From the sequence record MZ291552.2: DNA of 64,000 nucleotides; one strand, 5' to 3'. The stretch comes from Escherichia phage vB_EcoM-UFV09. The notes beneath the pieces were generated by a model, which saw only the letters and a program-made list of their open reading frames with translations, searched no databases and was not told the DNA's origin. Below are positions 37,394 through 47,321 of the stretch, one piece after another. Every line of letters starts with the position of its first letter. Position 1 is the stretch's first letter. The position numbers were made by a program, and so were the translations under genes.

Positions 37394-38959
37394 ATGACTA
37401 TCAAAACTAAAGCTGAACTTTTGAACAAATGGAAGCCATTACTGGAAGGTGAAGGTTTACCGGAAATTGCTAATAGCAAACAAGCGATTATCGCTAAAAT
37501 CTTTGAAAACCAGGAAAAAGATTTCCAGACAGCTCCGGAATATAAAGACGAAAAAATTGCTCAGGCATTCGGTTCTTTCTTAACAGAAGCTGAAATCGGT
37601 GGTGACCACGGTTACAATGCTACCAACATCGCTGCAGGTCAGACTTCTGGCGCAGTAACCCAGATTGGCCCGGCTGTTATGGGTATGGTACGTCGTGCTA
37701 TTCCTAACCTGATTGCTTTCGATATTTGTGGTGTTCAGCCAATGAACAGCCCGACTGGTCAGGTATTCGCACTGCGCGCAGTATATGGTAAAGATCCAAT
37801 CGCTTCCGGCGCTAAAGAAGCATTCCACCCAATGTATGGTCCAGATGCAATGTTCTCTGGTCAGGGTGCTGCTAAGAAATTCGCTGCTTTGAAAGCAAGT
37901 GATACTCTTGAAGTTGGAACTATTTACACCCACTTCTTCCAGGACACTGGTACAGTATATCTGCAAGCTACAGAAGCTAAACAAATTGATTCAGGCGCAT
38001 CTGACGCAGCTAAATTAGATGCTGAAATTAAGAAACAAATGGAAGCAGGTGTACTGGTAGAAATCGCTGAAGGTATGGCTACTTCTATCGCTGAACTTCA
38101 GGAAGGTTTTAACGGTTCTACCGATAACCCATGGAATGAAATGGGCTTCCGTATCGATAAGCAAGTTATCGAAGCTAAATCTCGTCAGCTGAAAGCTGCT
38201 TACTCTATTGAATTAGCACAAGACCTCCGCGCTGTTCACGGTATGGATGCTGATGCTGAACTGTCTGGTATTCTGGCTACAGAAATTATGCTGGAAATCA
38301 ACCGTGAAGTTGTTGATTGGATTAACTACTCCGCTCAGGTTGGTAAATCTGGTATGACCCTGACTCCGGGTTCTAAAGCTGGTGTATTCGACTTCCAGGA
38401 CCCAATCGATATTCGTGGTGCTCGCTGGGCGGGTGAATCCTTTAAAGCTCTGTTGTTCCAGATTGACAAAGAAGCAGTTGAAATTGCTCGTCAGACCGGT
38501 CGTGGTGAAGGTAACTTCATTATTGCTTCCCGTAACGTAGTTAACGTTCTGGCTTCAGTTGATACCGGCATTTCTTATGCTGCACAGGGTCTGGCTACCG
38601 GCTTTAACACTGATACTACCAAGTCAGTATTTGCTGGTGTTCTGGGTGGTAAATACCGTGTATATATCGACCAGTATGCTAAACAGGATTATTTCACTGT
38701 AGGTTATAAAGGTCCGAACGAAATGGATGCTGGTATTTACTACGCTCCATATGTAGCTCTGACTCCACTGCGTGGTTCTGATCCGAAGAACTTCCAACCG
38801 GTAATGGGGTTCAAAACTCGTTACGGTATCGGTATCAACCCATTTGCAGAATCCGCTGCTCAGGCTCCGGCTTCTCGCATTCAGAGTGGTATGCCTTCTA
38901 TCCTGAACAGCCTTGGTAAGAACGCTTACTTCCGCCGTGTATATGTTAAAGGTATCTAA
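37394..38959 (+). CDS. 23: gp23 major capsid protein
   Basis: 521 aa starting MTIKTKAELLNKWKPLLEGEGLPEIANSKQ. Confidence 0.98.
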   Translation: MTIKTKAELLNKWKPLLEGEGLPEIANSKQAIIAKIFENQEKDFQTAPEYKDEKIAQAFGSFLTEAEIGGDHGYNATNIAAGQTSGAVTQIGPAVMGMVRRAIPNLIAFDICGVQPMNSPTGQVFALRAVYGKDPIASGAKEAFHPMYGPDAMFSGQGAAKKFAALKASDTLEVGTIYTHFFQDTGTVYLQATEAKQIDSGASDAAKLDAEIKKQMEAGVLVEIAEGMATSIAELQEGFNGSTDNPWNEMGFRIDKQVIEAKSRQLKAAYSIELAQDLRAVHGMDADAELSGILATEIMLEINREVVDWINYSAQVGKSGMTLTPGSKAGVFDFQDPIDIRGARWAGESFKALLFQIDKEAVEIARQTGRGEGNFIIASRNVVNVLASVDTGISYAAQGLATGFNTDTTKSVFAGVLGGKYRVYIDQYAKQDYFTVGYKGPNEMDAGIYYAPYVALTPLRGSDPKNFQPVMGFKTRYGIGINPFAESAAQAPASRIQSGMPSILNSLGKNAYFRRVYVKGI

Positions 38960-38973
38960 TCTTTGACGATTTA

Positions 38974-38996
38974 AGGGACCTTCGGGTCCCTTTAGT
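38974..38996 (+). terminator. Rho-independent terminator after gene 23
   Basis: Hairpin GGGACC-TTCG-GGTCCC followed by a T run. Confidence 0.6.
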
Positions 38997-39007
38997 TGTT
39001 TTTATGG

Positions 39008-39015
39008 TATAAATA
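39008..39015 (+). promoter_or_regulatory. T4 late promoter TATAAATA for gene 24
   Basis: Exact TATAAATA 27 nt upstream of the gene 24 ATG. Confidence 0.6.
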
Positions 39016-39042
39016 AATCATATAAACTGAAAGGAAAGCGCA

Positions 39043-40326
39043 ATGGCTAAAATCAACGAACTTCTGCGCGAATCAACCACAACGAATAGCAACTCAATCG
39101 GTCGCCCAAATCTCGTTGCTTTGACTCGCGCTACCACTAAATTAATATATTCTGACATTGTAGCAACGCAAAGAACTAATCAACCTGTTGCTGCTTTTTA
39201 TGGTATCAAATACCTTAACCCAGACAACGAATTTACATTTAAAACTGGTGCTACTTATGCTGGCGAAGCTGGATATGTAGACCGAGAACAAATCACAGAA
39301 TTAACAGAAGAGTCTAAATTAACTCTCAATAAAGGCGATTTATTCAAATATAATAATATCGTTTATAAAGTATTAGAAGATACACCATTTGCTGATATTG
39401 AAGAAAGTGATTTAGAATTAGCTCTTCAGATTGCAATTGTTCTTTTAAAGGTTCGTCTATTTTCTGACGCAGCGTCAACAAGCAAATTTGAAAGCTCTGA
39501 TAGTGAAATTGCGGATGCTAGATTCCAGATTAATAAATGGCAAACCGCAGTTAAATCTCGCAAACTTAAAACTGGTATCACAGTTGAATTAGCACAAGAT
39601 TTAGAAGCAAACGGATTCGATGCTCCTAATTTCTTAGAAGATTTGCTTGCAACCGAAATGGCAGATGAAATCAATAAAGATATTCTGCAGTCTTTGATTA
39701 CAGTATCAAAACGTTATAAAGTTACAGGAATTACTGATACTGGATTCATTGATTTGAGTTATGCATCTGCACCTGAAGCTGGTCGTTCATTATACCGAAT
39801 GGTATGCGAAATGGTTTCACATATCCAGAAAGAATCAACTTATACTGCAACGTTCTGTGTTGCTTCAGCTCGTGCTGCTGCGATTCTTGCTGCATCAGGT
39901 TGGTTAAAACATAAACCAGAAGATGATAAATATCTTTCACAAAATGCCTATGGGTTCTTAGCTAATGGTTTGCCGCTTTATTGCGATACTAACAGCCCAT
40001 TAGATTATGTAATCGTTGGCGTAGTAGAAAATATCGGTGAAAAAGAAATTGTTGGATCAATTTTCTATGCTCCATATACAGAAGGTCTCGACTTAGATGA
40101 CCCTGAACATGTAGGTGCATTTAAAGTTGTGGTTGATCCAGAAAGCTTACAACCGTCTATCGGTTTATTAGTTAGATATGCTTTATCTGCAAATCCTTAC
40201 ACCGTAGCAAAAGATGAAAAAGAAGCAAGAGTAATTGATGGTGGAGACATGGATAAAATGGCGGGTCGTTCAGATTTGTCTGTTTTATTAGGTGTTAAGC
40301 TACCGAAAATTATCATTGATGAATAA
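39043..40326 (+). CDS. 24: gp24 capsid vertex protein
   Basis: 427 aa; a paralog-like relative of gp23; T4 order. Confidence 0.97.
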   Translation: MAKINELLRESTTTNSNSIGRPNLVALTRATTKLIYSDIVATQRTNQPVAAFYGIKYLNPDNEFTFKTGATYAGEAGYVDREQITELTEESKLTLNKGDLFKYNNIVYKVLEDTPFADIEESDLELALQIAIVLLKVRLFSDAASTSKFESSDSEIADARFQINKWQTAVKSRKLKTGITVELAQDLEANGFDAPNFLEDLLATEMADEINKDILQSLITVSKRYKVTGITDTGFIDLSYASAPEAGRSLYRMVCEMVSHIQKESTYTATFCVASARAAAILAASGWLKHKPEDDKYLSQNAYGFLANGLPLYCDTNSPLDYVIVGVVENIGEKEIVGSIFYAPYTEGLDLDDPEHVGAFKVVVDPESLQPSIGLLVRYALSANPYTVAKDEKEARVIDGGDMDKMAGRSDLSVLLGVKLPKIIIDE

Positions 40327-40330
40327 AACA

Positions 40331-40356
40331 AAGGGACCGAAAGGTCCCTTTTTATT
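40331..40356. terminator. Bidirectional terminator between gene 24 and rnlB
   Basis: Hairpin GGGACC-GAAA-GGTCCC with A run on one side and T run on the other. Confidence 0.55.
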
Positions 40357-41360
40357 TAGCTCACCAACTCAATCCAAGCCGGACGAAGTACATCTTGTAC
40401 CATTTTAACTAATTCCTTTTTAACCAAAGAAGGATTATCCGCTTGAGTTAGAGTAATACCTTCACGAGAAGTTTCTTCCAAAATATCTTGAACAGTTAAT
40501 CCCATCACCTTTCCAAAATCTTTTGGACCAATTTCGCCAATTTTGGAAATAACGTTATTTACTCGGTTCAATGTAACATAACAAGCTAAAATTCCAACCA
40601 ATTTATTATCAGCTTCTGACAATTCAACTTTAGCTTTAATAGGCTTATCAGACTTTTTCTTTTCACTAAATTTAGAGTTCTTGCATTTGATGGCCACACG
40701 ATTGCGATTAGGCAGCCAAGAAGGATAACAAGGTTTCAATACATATCCTTCAGCAGTAAATACTTCGCCTTTTGCTTCGGCATTCCAAACGCATTTATTT
40801 GCATCAACTAATCCAGCATGGTCTACTGTAAAATTATAATCTTGGACGACAGAATCTAAATCATTTGGCAATTTAATAAGCTCTTCAAATTTACCGCGAC
40901 CTAAAAGTGGAGCCATTTTAAATTTAAATGTATTACAGAATGATTCCATCATATAATCATCGACATAAGTCACATCACCACTTTCTGTAGTGACAATAAT
41001 GTCAAATACATAAAAATCTTTATCACCATAATCAACATTCTTCTGAATGCCAGGACCAGCGAATTCGCCAAATACCTGATAAGTCACAACAGCTGAAGTT
41101 TCCATAATATCTTGTACTGCTTTAATGGAATCAGCGTAATTCTTTAGAATAATTTCATACCCAAAGAAATCTTCAGCAGGAAGAATCGGTCCAGTACGTT
41201 TAGCGCAAGTTAATTTATCACGCTCAATAATCAATGAGAAATTTGTGCCGTGAATCTTTTCACGAGCTACCCATTCGCCGCCAGTCAATCCCAAGCTATA
41301 AAGTTTTTCAATAAATTTAGAGTTGTAATGATTTTCAAGACTGCTATACTTTTTAAACAT
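40356..41360 (-). CDS. rnlB: RNA ligase 2
   Basis: 334 aa; nucleotidyltransferase motif I KIHGTN; position next to gene 24. Confidence 0.95.
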   Translation of the reverse strand: MFKKYSSLENHYNSKFIEKLYSLGLTGGEWVAREKIHGTNFSLIIERDKLTCAKRTGPILPAEDFFGYEIILKNYADSIKAVQDIMETSAVVTYQVFGEFAGPGIQKNVDYGDKDFYVFDIIVTTESGDVTYVDDYMMESFCNTFKFKMAPLLGRGKFEELIKLPNDLDSVVQDYNFTVDHAGLVDANKCVWNAEAKGEVFTAEGYVLKPCYPSWLPNRNRVAIKCKNSKFSEKKKSDKPIKAKVELSEADNKLVGILACYVTLNRVNNVISKIGEIGPKDFGKVMGLTVQDILEETSREGITLTQADNPSLVKKELVKMVQDVLRPAWIELVS

Positions 41361-41369
41361 AATTAATCC

Positions 41370-41648
41370 TCAAAATGTAATTTCTAACCAATCACCATCA
41401 CGCTGATCACTATTGACTTTAAAATTAAATCCTTCTTTTCTCAACCAATCACCAATTTCTTCAGTAATCAATTTATCGCGAGCAGTACAATAATAACTAA
41501 AATATGTTTTACCTTGTTCAGCTGCTTTATTAGCAAGTTCTGAAAAATCTTTAATAAAGCACTCTAGCTTAAACTGTTTGCTTTTTAATGCTTTTTCGCG
41601 TAATTGATTAGCAAAAGATTCATTTTCATAAAGATCATACTGTTCCAT
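41370..41648 (-). CDS. Hypothetical protein (T4 24.2-region ORF)
   Basis: 92-aa ORF between rnlB and hoc. Confidence 0.6.
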   Translation of the reverse strand: MEQYDLYENESFANQLREKALKSKQFKLECFIKDFSELANKAAEQGKTYFSYYCTARDKLITEEIGDWLRKEGFNFKVNSDQRDGDWLEITF

Positions 41649-41850
41649 TTTTCACCTTTTTATTGATATGTCTTTTTCTATAGACAACTTTTTCTCGAGT
41701 TTCAAATTTATTCTTAGCAGTCATAGCTCGAGCCCATAATACAGCCACTTCTTTTGCCTGTAAGTTCAATTCACGAGCAATTTCAATGAATGACTTTCCA
41801 GACTCATGAAGAGTAAACACCACAACCTCAGTTCTCATAATCAATCTCAT
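41635..41850 (-). CDS. Hypothetical small basic protein with a helix-turn-helix-like segment
   Basis: 71 aa; segment SGKSFIEIARELNLQAKEV resembles a helix-turn-helix. Confidence 0.5.
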   Translation of the reverse strand: MRLIMRTEVVVFTLHESGKSFIEIARELNLQAKEVAVLWARAMTAKNKFETREKVVYRKRHINKKVKNGTV

Positions 41851-41939
41851 GTTATTGAGTTGGTGCCATTATATACATCGTTTTCTGATTGTGTTTTGTG
41901 TGCTTTCAAAATGAAGAAAGGGGCCGAAGCCCCTTACGA

Positions 41940-43358
41940 TTATGGATAGGTATAGATGATACCAGTTTCTAAAGCTGTTTTGTGAATGATGTATCCATTA
42001 CGCGATTCTTGGACATCAACTTCTGGATAGTCTTTCATCATCTTCTGAAGCGTATAACGATGCAAGTAGTACTTACTATCTGGGTCGTCAGTTTTCCAAT
42101 CTTTACCTTCTTCAGTCATTTTTTGGATTTCATCCATAACCCACCAACCGCACCAGATATAAGCTGAAGTACGGTGCGGAAGAGGATGAACATAAGGCAA
42201 TTCACCTTCTGGTTCTGGAGCAACTTTATCAGTCACTTGAACTTGACCTGTTGTTTTAACTGTTTTGCTATCATAATCAGTTGCTGTAACGACAGCAGTA
42301 ACTTCAATAGTTTGACTTCCAACAGATGAGGTATCGACAGTATATACGTTAGTTGACCCTTCTACAGGAGAAGAATCTTTCTTCCACGAGTAAGTAATTT
42401 GTGCTTCTTCTGGAGCATCCGTAACATTAGCAGTAAATGTAGCCGAAGCATCTTGCTGAACGTTAATAGAAGGAGGAGTCAATGTAACCTGTGGATTCAT
42501 TGTCTTCTTATTAACTGTCAATGATACTTCATTAGAAGTAACTTCCTTTTCATTGTAATTTTCTGCTGTTACTTGGGCTACGCATTTAATTCTTTTTACT
42601 CCACTTGTAGTTGGAGTATAGCTAAATGTAGAGTTAGTTTCTCCACCAACTTGTGAATCATCTACATACCATTTATATGTAGCAGACGCTCCATCAGGTT
42701 GAGAAGCTAAGGCAGCAGTAAATTGAACTGGGGTTCCAATTACTCCAGCTGAAGGACTAGCAGGAGTTACTGCCAATGTAGTTGTCTGTGTCTTTTTATT
42801 AACAGTCAGTGATACTTCATTCGAAGTAACGGTTTTTTCATCATAATTTGTCGCGGTTACTTGAGCTACACACTTGATTTTTTTAACTCCGCTTGCGGCA
42901 GGAGTGTAATTGAATGTAGCAGAAGTCGCTTCGTCTACAGGAGAACTGTCAACGTACCATTGATACGTAGCAGATGCACCTGATGGCTGCGAAGCTAAAG
43001 CAGCGGTAAATTTAACAGCTGTTCCAATTACTCCTGCTGGAGGACTATTGGGAGTTACGGCTAAGGTAGTCGTCTGAGTTTTGTTTTTGACTGTGATAGT
43101 TGTAGTAGCTTCTGCTGTTTCAGCTTCAGATTCTGGAACTGTATTTGTTGCAACAACTTTAATAGTCTTTTAACCAGCAGGACCTTTTAATACATAATCA
43201 AAAGTTGCTTCAGACCCATCTTGTGGAGCATTATCTACACTCCAAGCATAAGTAATAGTTCCACCTCCAGTTTCACCACTGGGTGCAGCAGTAAACTGCT
43301 TGGTTTCATCAATAACTCCTGACGGTGCTTTAGGAGTTATATCAACTGTAAAAGCCAT
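41940..43358 (-). pseudogene. hoc: hoc outer capsid decoration protein, interrupted by an in-frame TAA at codon 63 and carrying an extra Ig-like domain
   Basis: One continuous minus-strand frame from the ATG at 43358 to the stop at 41940, with a TAA at 43170-43172 where the T4 sequence as I recall it has Gln; translation on both sides is Hoc (MAFTVDITPK... and ...LAVTPASPSAGVIG...YTYP). Confidence 0.85.
42504..43079 (-). repeat. Diverged 2 x 288-bp tandem duplication inside hoc (duplicated Ig-like domain)
   Basis: Two consecutive 96-codon units both start TQTTTLAVTP and end EVSLTVNKK; the T4 Hoc sequence I recall has this unit once. Confidence 0.8.
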
Positions 43359-43367
43359 AAGTTATCC

Positions 43368-44048
43368 TTATTTTAATGTTACGAAAGAAGAATTGCGTGT
43401 TTCACGAATTAAAACTGATCCGTCGCGATTAATGTAATAAATTAAGCTAAACAAAGTTTGGTGTGCTGACGCGTGTTCAAAACTAGTTGGATGAGATTTC
43501 CAATCAGGAGTTTCAGCGATCCATTGATAAATCCACCAAGGAACCGTACAGAATCCTGGATTTTTCCCCAATAATTGAAGATTCGGGCTAAAGTTTTCCG
43601 GAAGAGTAAATACAGACGGCTTTTCAGATTCAATAATCTCAGCTACAGCTTGTTCAAACTTTTCTTCAACAAAAGGAGTGTCTTCAATCAAAACATCAGT
43701 ATTTTCAGGAATTTTATCCGTTTCTACAACTTCAATTTTAATATCAGATTTAACTGGAGAATCAATCAGAAGCGCTGCTTCTGGATTAACTTCTTCATCG
43801 TCATATTTTAATCCCTCTGCAGCATCAGCAGCATCAATTAAGTCTTTAATAGATAACCCATCAGTCTCTGGCATAGGTTCACTAGCGAGCTTCTGGAGGG
43901 CTTCTTCAATATCAACAACGATATTATCAAAAGATTTATTCTTTTTGACCTTTATACCAAACTGTTCAGCATATTCAGCTAATTTAGCTTTAGCTTCTTT
44001 ATTATCATCAAGAGCCTTCAGCTCTGCAATATAATCTTTATCTATCAT
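43368..44048 (-). CDS. inh: Inh, inhibitor of the prohead protease gp21
   Basis: 226 aa, acidic; position between hoc and uvsW. Confidence 0.85.
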   Translation of the reverse strand: MIDKDYIAELKALDDNKEAKAKLAEYAEQFGIKVKKNKSFDNIVVDIEEALQKLASEPMPETDGLSIKDLIDAADAAEGLKYDDEEVNPEAALLIDSPVKSDIKIEVVETDKIPENTDVLIEDTPFVEEKFEQAVAEIIESEKPSVFTLPENFSPNLQLLGKNPGFCTVPWWIYQWIAETPDWKSHPTSFEHASAHQTLFSLIYYINRDGSVLIRETRNSSFVTLK

Positions 44049-44061
44049 AATATTTCCTCAG

Positions 44062-44069
44062 TATAAATA
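44062..44069 (+). promoter_or_regulatory. T4 late promoter TATAAATA for uvsW
   Basis: Exact TATAAATA about 30 nt upstream of the uvsW ATG. Confidence 0.55.
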
Positions 44070-44098
44070 TAGATATATTTATTACATGGTATTTAGAC

Positions 44099-45610
44099 AT
44101 GACTGACATTAAAGTACATTTTTATGATTTTAGTCACGTGAGAATTGATTGTGAAGAAAGTACATTTCATGAACTCCGTGATTTCTTTTCGTTTGAGGCC
44201 GATGGATATAGATTTAACCCTCGCTTCAGATATGGCAACTGGGATGGACGAATCCGTCTTTTAGATTATAATCGCCTTCTTCCATTCGGCTTAGTCGGGC
44301 AAATTAAAAAGTTCTGTGATAACTTTGGCTATAAAGCCTGGATTGACCCACAAATTAACGAAAAAGAAGAATTATCAAGAAAAGATTTTGATGAATGGCT
44401 TTCTAAATTAGAAATCTATTCAGGAAATAAAAGAATTGAACCACACTGGTATCAAAAAGATGCAGTGTTCGAAGGATTAGTTAATCGTCGTAGAATTCTT
44501 AATCTTCCAACATCTGCAGGTAAATCTTTAATTCAAGCTTTGCTTGCACGTTATTATTTGGAAAATTATGAAGGTAAAATTCTTATCATTGTTCCAACAA
44601 CTGCTCTGACAACTCAGATGGCTGATGACTTTGTTGACTATCGTTTATTCAGTCATGCAATGATAAAGAAAATTGGTGGCGGAGCATCAAAAGATGATAA
44701 ATATAAAAATGATGCACCAGTCGTTGTTGGTACATGGCAAACTGTAGTAAAACAACCAAAAGAATGGTTCTCACAATTTGGAATGATGATGAATGATGAA
44801 TGTCATCTTGCTACAGGAAAAAGTATTTCATCTATCATATCAGGTTTAAATAACTGCATGTTCAAATTTGGTCTATCAGGTTCATTACGTGATGGCAAAG
44901 CCAATATCATGCAGTATGTTGGAATGTTCGGTGAAATATTTAAGCCAGTAACGACTTCTAAATTAATGGAAGATGGGCAAGTAACTGAGCTAAAAATTAA
45001 TAGTATTTTTCTTCGTTATCCTGATGAGTTCACTACTAAATTAAAGGGAAAAACTTACCAAGAAGAAATAAAAATTATTACTGGGCTCAGTAAAAGAAAT
45101 AAATGGATCGCTAAATTAGCTATTAAGCTTGCGCAAAAAGATGAAAACGCTTTTGTCATGTTTAAACATGTATCGCACGGTAAAGCTATTTTCGATTTAA
45201 TTAAAAATGAATACGATAAAGTTTATTACGTATCAGGGGAAGTTGATACCGAAACCCGCAATATAATGAAAACCTTAGCTGAAAATGGTAAAGGAATAAT
45301 TATAGTAGCTAGTTATGGTGTATTTTCTACTGGTATTTCAGTTAAAAATCTGCATCACGTTGTTTTAGCGCACGGTGTTAAATCAAAAATCATTGTATTA
45401 CAAACAATCGGTCGTGTATTACGTAAGCATGGTTCTAAAACAATCGCAACTGTCTGGGACCTCATAGATGATTGTGGTGTTAAGCCAAAATCTGCTAATA
45501 CGAAAAAGAAATATGTTCATTTGAACTATCTTTTAAAACACGGCATTGATCGTATTCAGCGCTACGCAGATGAAAAATTCAATTACGTAATGAAAACAGT
45601 TAATTTATAA
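44099..45610 (+). CDS. uvsW: UvsW recombination/repair helicase
   Basis: 503 aa; Walker A PTSAGKS and DECH box (MMMNDECH). Confidence 0.95.
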   Translation: MTDIKVHFYDFSHVRIDCEESTFHELRDFFSFEADGYRFNPRFRYGNWDGRIRLLDYNRLLPFGLVGQIKKFCDNFGYKAWIDPQINEKEELSRKDFDEWLSKLEIYSGNKRIEPHWYQKDAVFEGLVNRRRILNLPTSAGKSLIQALLARYYLENYEGKILIIVPTTALTTQMADDFVDYRLFSHAMIKKIGGGASKDDKYKNDAPVVVGTWQTVVKQPKEWFSQFGMMMNDECHLATGKSISSIISGLNNCMFKFGLSGSLRDGKANIMQYVGMFGEIFKPVTTSKLMEDGQVTELKINSIFLRYPDEFTTKLKGKTYQEEIKIITGLSKRNKWIAKLAIKLAQKDENAFVMFKHVSHGKAIFDLIKNEYDKVYYVSGEVDTETRNIMKTLAENGKGIIIVASYGVFSTGISVKNLHHVVLAHGVKSKIIVLQTIGRVLRKHGSKTIATVWDLIDDCGVKPKSANTKKKYVHLNYLLKHGIDRIQRYADEKFNYVMKTVNL

Positions 45611-45635
45611 GGGCTTCGGCCCTTTGGAGAAAAAG

Positions 45636-45869
45636 ATGTTACTAGAATTTAAACAATTTCTTTATGAAGCTTCTATTGATGAATTTATGGGTAAAATTGC
45701 CTCTTGTCAAACATTAGAAGGTTTAGAAGAACTTGAAGCTTATTATAAGAAAAGAGTCAAAGAAACTGAATTAAAAGATACTGATGACATCTCTGTGAGA
45801 GATGCTTTGGCAGGAAAAAGAGCTGAATTAGAAGATTCAGACGATGATGAAGTAGAAGAAAGTTTTTAA
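45636..45869 (+). CDS. uvsW.1: UvsW.1 small acidic protein
   Basis: ATG at 45636 with GGAGA Shine-Dalgarno (the ORF-track start at 45624 is TTG); follows the terminator hairpin GGGCTTCGGCCC at 45611-45622. Confidence 0.8.
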   Translation: MLLEFKQFLYEASIDEFMGKIASCQTLEGLEELEAYYKKRVKETELKDTDDISVRDALAGKRAELEDSDDDEVEESF

Positions 45870-45924
45870 ATAAAAAAGGCCCAACCAAAAAAGGAAGGGC
45901 CAAAACTATAGACTAAAGGTCACA

Positions 45925-46155
45925 CTATAGCAAAAGTTGTGTTTCATTTAATTGTTCTTCCGAACTTTCTGAAACTGGTAGTTCTTTAATGTAATTATAG
46001 CAAGGCCCAGGATGTACAGGACCTTTGTCTGTTTCAACAACCAATGCAGAATCGATTGGAGTTTTACAGACAACACAAATCTTATCTGACATGATTGTCT
46101 CCTTTTGAATATAGTAATATTTATAAACCCATTTTAATCCGCATTTCTTGTACAC
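45925..46155 (-). CDS. Hypothetical protein with CxxC and Cys pair (possible zinc ribbon)
   Basis: 76 aa with CVVC...PCYNY; upstream of uvsY. Confidence 0.6.
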   Translation of the reverse strand: MYKKCGLKWVYKYYYIQKETIMSDKICVVCKTPIDSALVVETDKGPVHPGPCYNYIKELPVSESSEEQLNETQLLL

Positions 46156-46215
46156 GGATTAAGCAAGCTTCCATCTCTGCTAATAGTCGAAATACTTCTT
46201 TATAATCTGTCATAT

Positions 46216-46443
46216 TTACCCCATATCTCTCATATGCATATCAATGCCCATATCTTTAGAATAAAAATATTCATCAAGATATCCGGCAAATTTTCCTTTA
46301 ATATAAAGAACATCTTCACCACATGGGTGGTCGGCCAGGATACGAATATCCTGACGCTTAAGATTATGCTTTTTCATTAAGAATTGAATTTCCGTTTCAA
46401 ATTCTTCTTCATAATTAAAAGCATCATCAATGCTATATCTCAT
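46216..46443 (-). CDS. Hypothetical protein (uvsY-proximal ORF)
   Basis: 75 aa; ATGA-type overlap with uvsY. Confidence 0.6.
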   Translation of the reverse strand: MRYSIDDAFNYEEEFETEIQFLMKKHNLKRQDIRILADHPCGEDVLYIKGKFAGYLDEYFYSKDMGIDMHMRDMG

Positions 46444-46856
46444 TATTTTCCAGCCTCAAATGCTCGCATGTCTTGAATATGCTTAATAGCAAATCCACGT
46501 GATTTAATAGCATCAAGAGCTCCGCTACAGAAATCTAATAAAATTCCCCAATATTGTAATGAAGTATCAACCTTTAAAACATCCTTATCAGCTGATAGGA
46601 CTGTCTTCATTTCTGATTTCTCGTAACGATCCATACTAAATTCATCACCATCTCCTCGTCCCGAGTAGTAATCTAATTTAGCTTTAAGAGCAACTTTTTT
46701 CTGTGCTTCAATTCTAAGCATTTCCTTTTTAATACTTGAATGCTTATTAAGCCATTTACTATATAACATCACATTATTAGCTGCTTCATACTGTAATTTA
46801 GTCGAATCTATAAACACATCTTTCTTCAATTCTTCTTGAAGATCTTCTAATCTCAT
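46443..46856 (-). CDS. uvsY: UvsY recombination mediator
   Basis: 137 aa starting MRLEDLQEELKKDVFIDSTKLQYEAANN. Confidence 0.95.
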   Translation of the reverse strand: MRLEDLQEELKKDVFIDSTKLQYEAANNVMLYSKWLNKHSSIKKEMLRIEAQKKVALKAKLDYYSGRGDGDEFSMDRYEKSEMKTVLSADKDVLKVDTSLQYWGILLDFCSGALDAIKSRGFAIKHIQDMRAFEAGK

Positions 46857-46922
46857 ATTGTTCTCTATTCAATTGTTATTGGATGGACTTAGATTCATTA
46901 TACCACGTTTTAACGTGAAGCA

Positions 46923-47321
46923 TTATACCCTATTACTGGAAGCCAGTTGCAGTTTTATCTGCTCAATATCATCAGGATTATCGATGACCGAAAAGCGTAT
47001 TTCTACTATCAGAGTATAATCATCATAAACCGGTATTACATTAACTGCTAATTTATCAATACGTGGCTCATAGTTTCTTACTGCGCTTTCGATATTGCGC
47101 TCAACCGTGTCAGCAGTAAGAGGAGTCATATTCTCAAAAAGCTGGTCAGATAAATCACATCCAAATTCAGGGTCAAACGGTCTTGAACCTTTTCTTGTTG
47201 TAATAATTCCTAAAAGACTATTTTTAATTGACCTTAATCCAAGTGATCTTGAAACGTCTTTGTTCCAATCCATTTTCATCTCTGGGTCAATATCAGAATA
47301 AAGCTTATTAATATTTGCCAT
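46923..47321 (-). CDS. 25: gp25 baseplate wedge protein (lysozyme-fold)
   Basis: 132 aa; overlaps gene 26. Confidence 0.95.
   Translation of the reverse strand: MANINKLYSDIDPEMKMDWNKDVSRSLGLRSIKNSLLGIITTRKGSRPFDPEFGCDLSDQLFENMTPLTADTVERNIESAVRNYEPRIDKLAVNVIPVYDDYTLIVEIRFSVIDNPDDIEQIKLQLASSNRV

Noticed and set aside
43442-44034. Three overlapping ORFs (43442-43633 minus, 43575-43811 plus, 43678-44034 plus) within inh
   Set aside because: All overlap the inh coding region in other frames or strands and are low-complexity; inh is supported by position and continuity.
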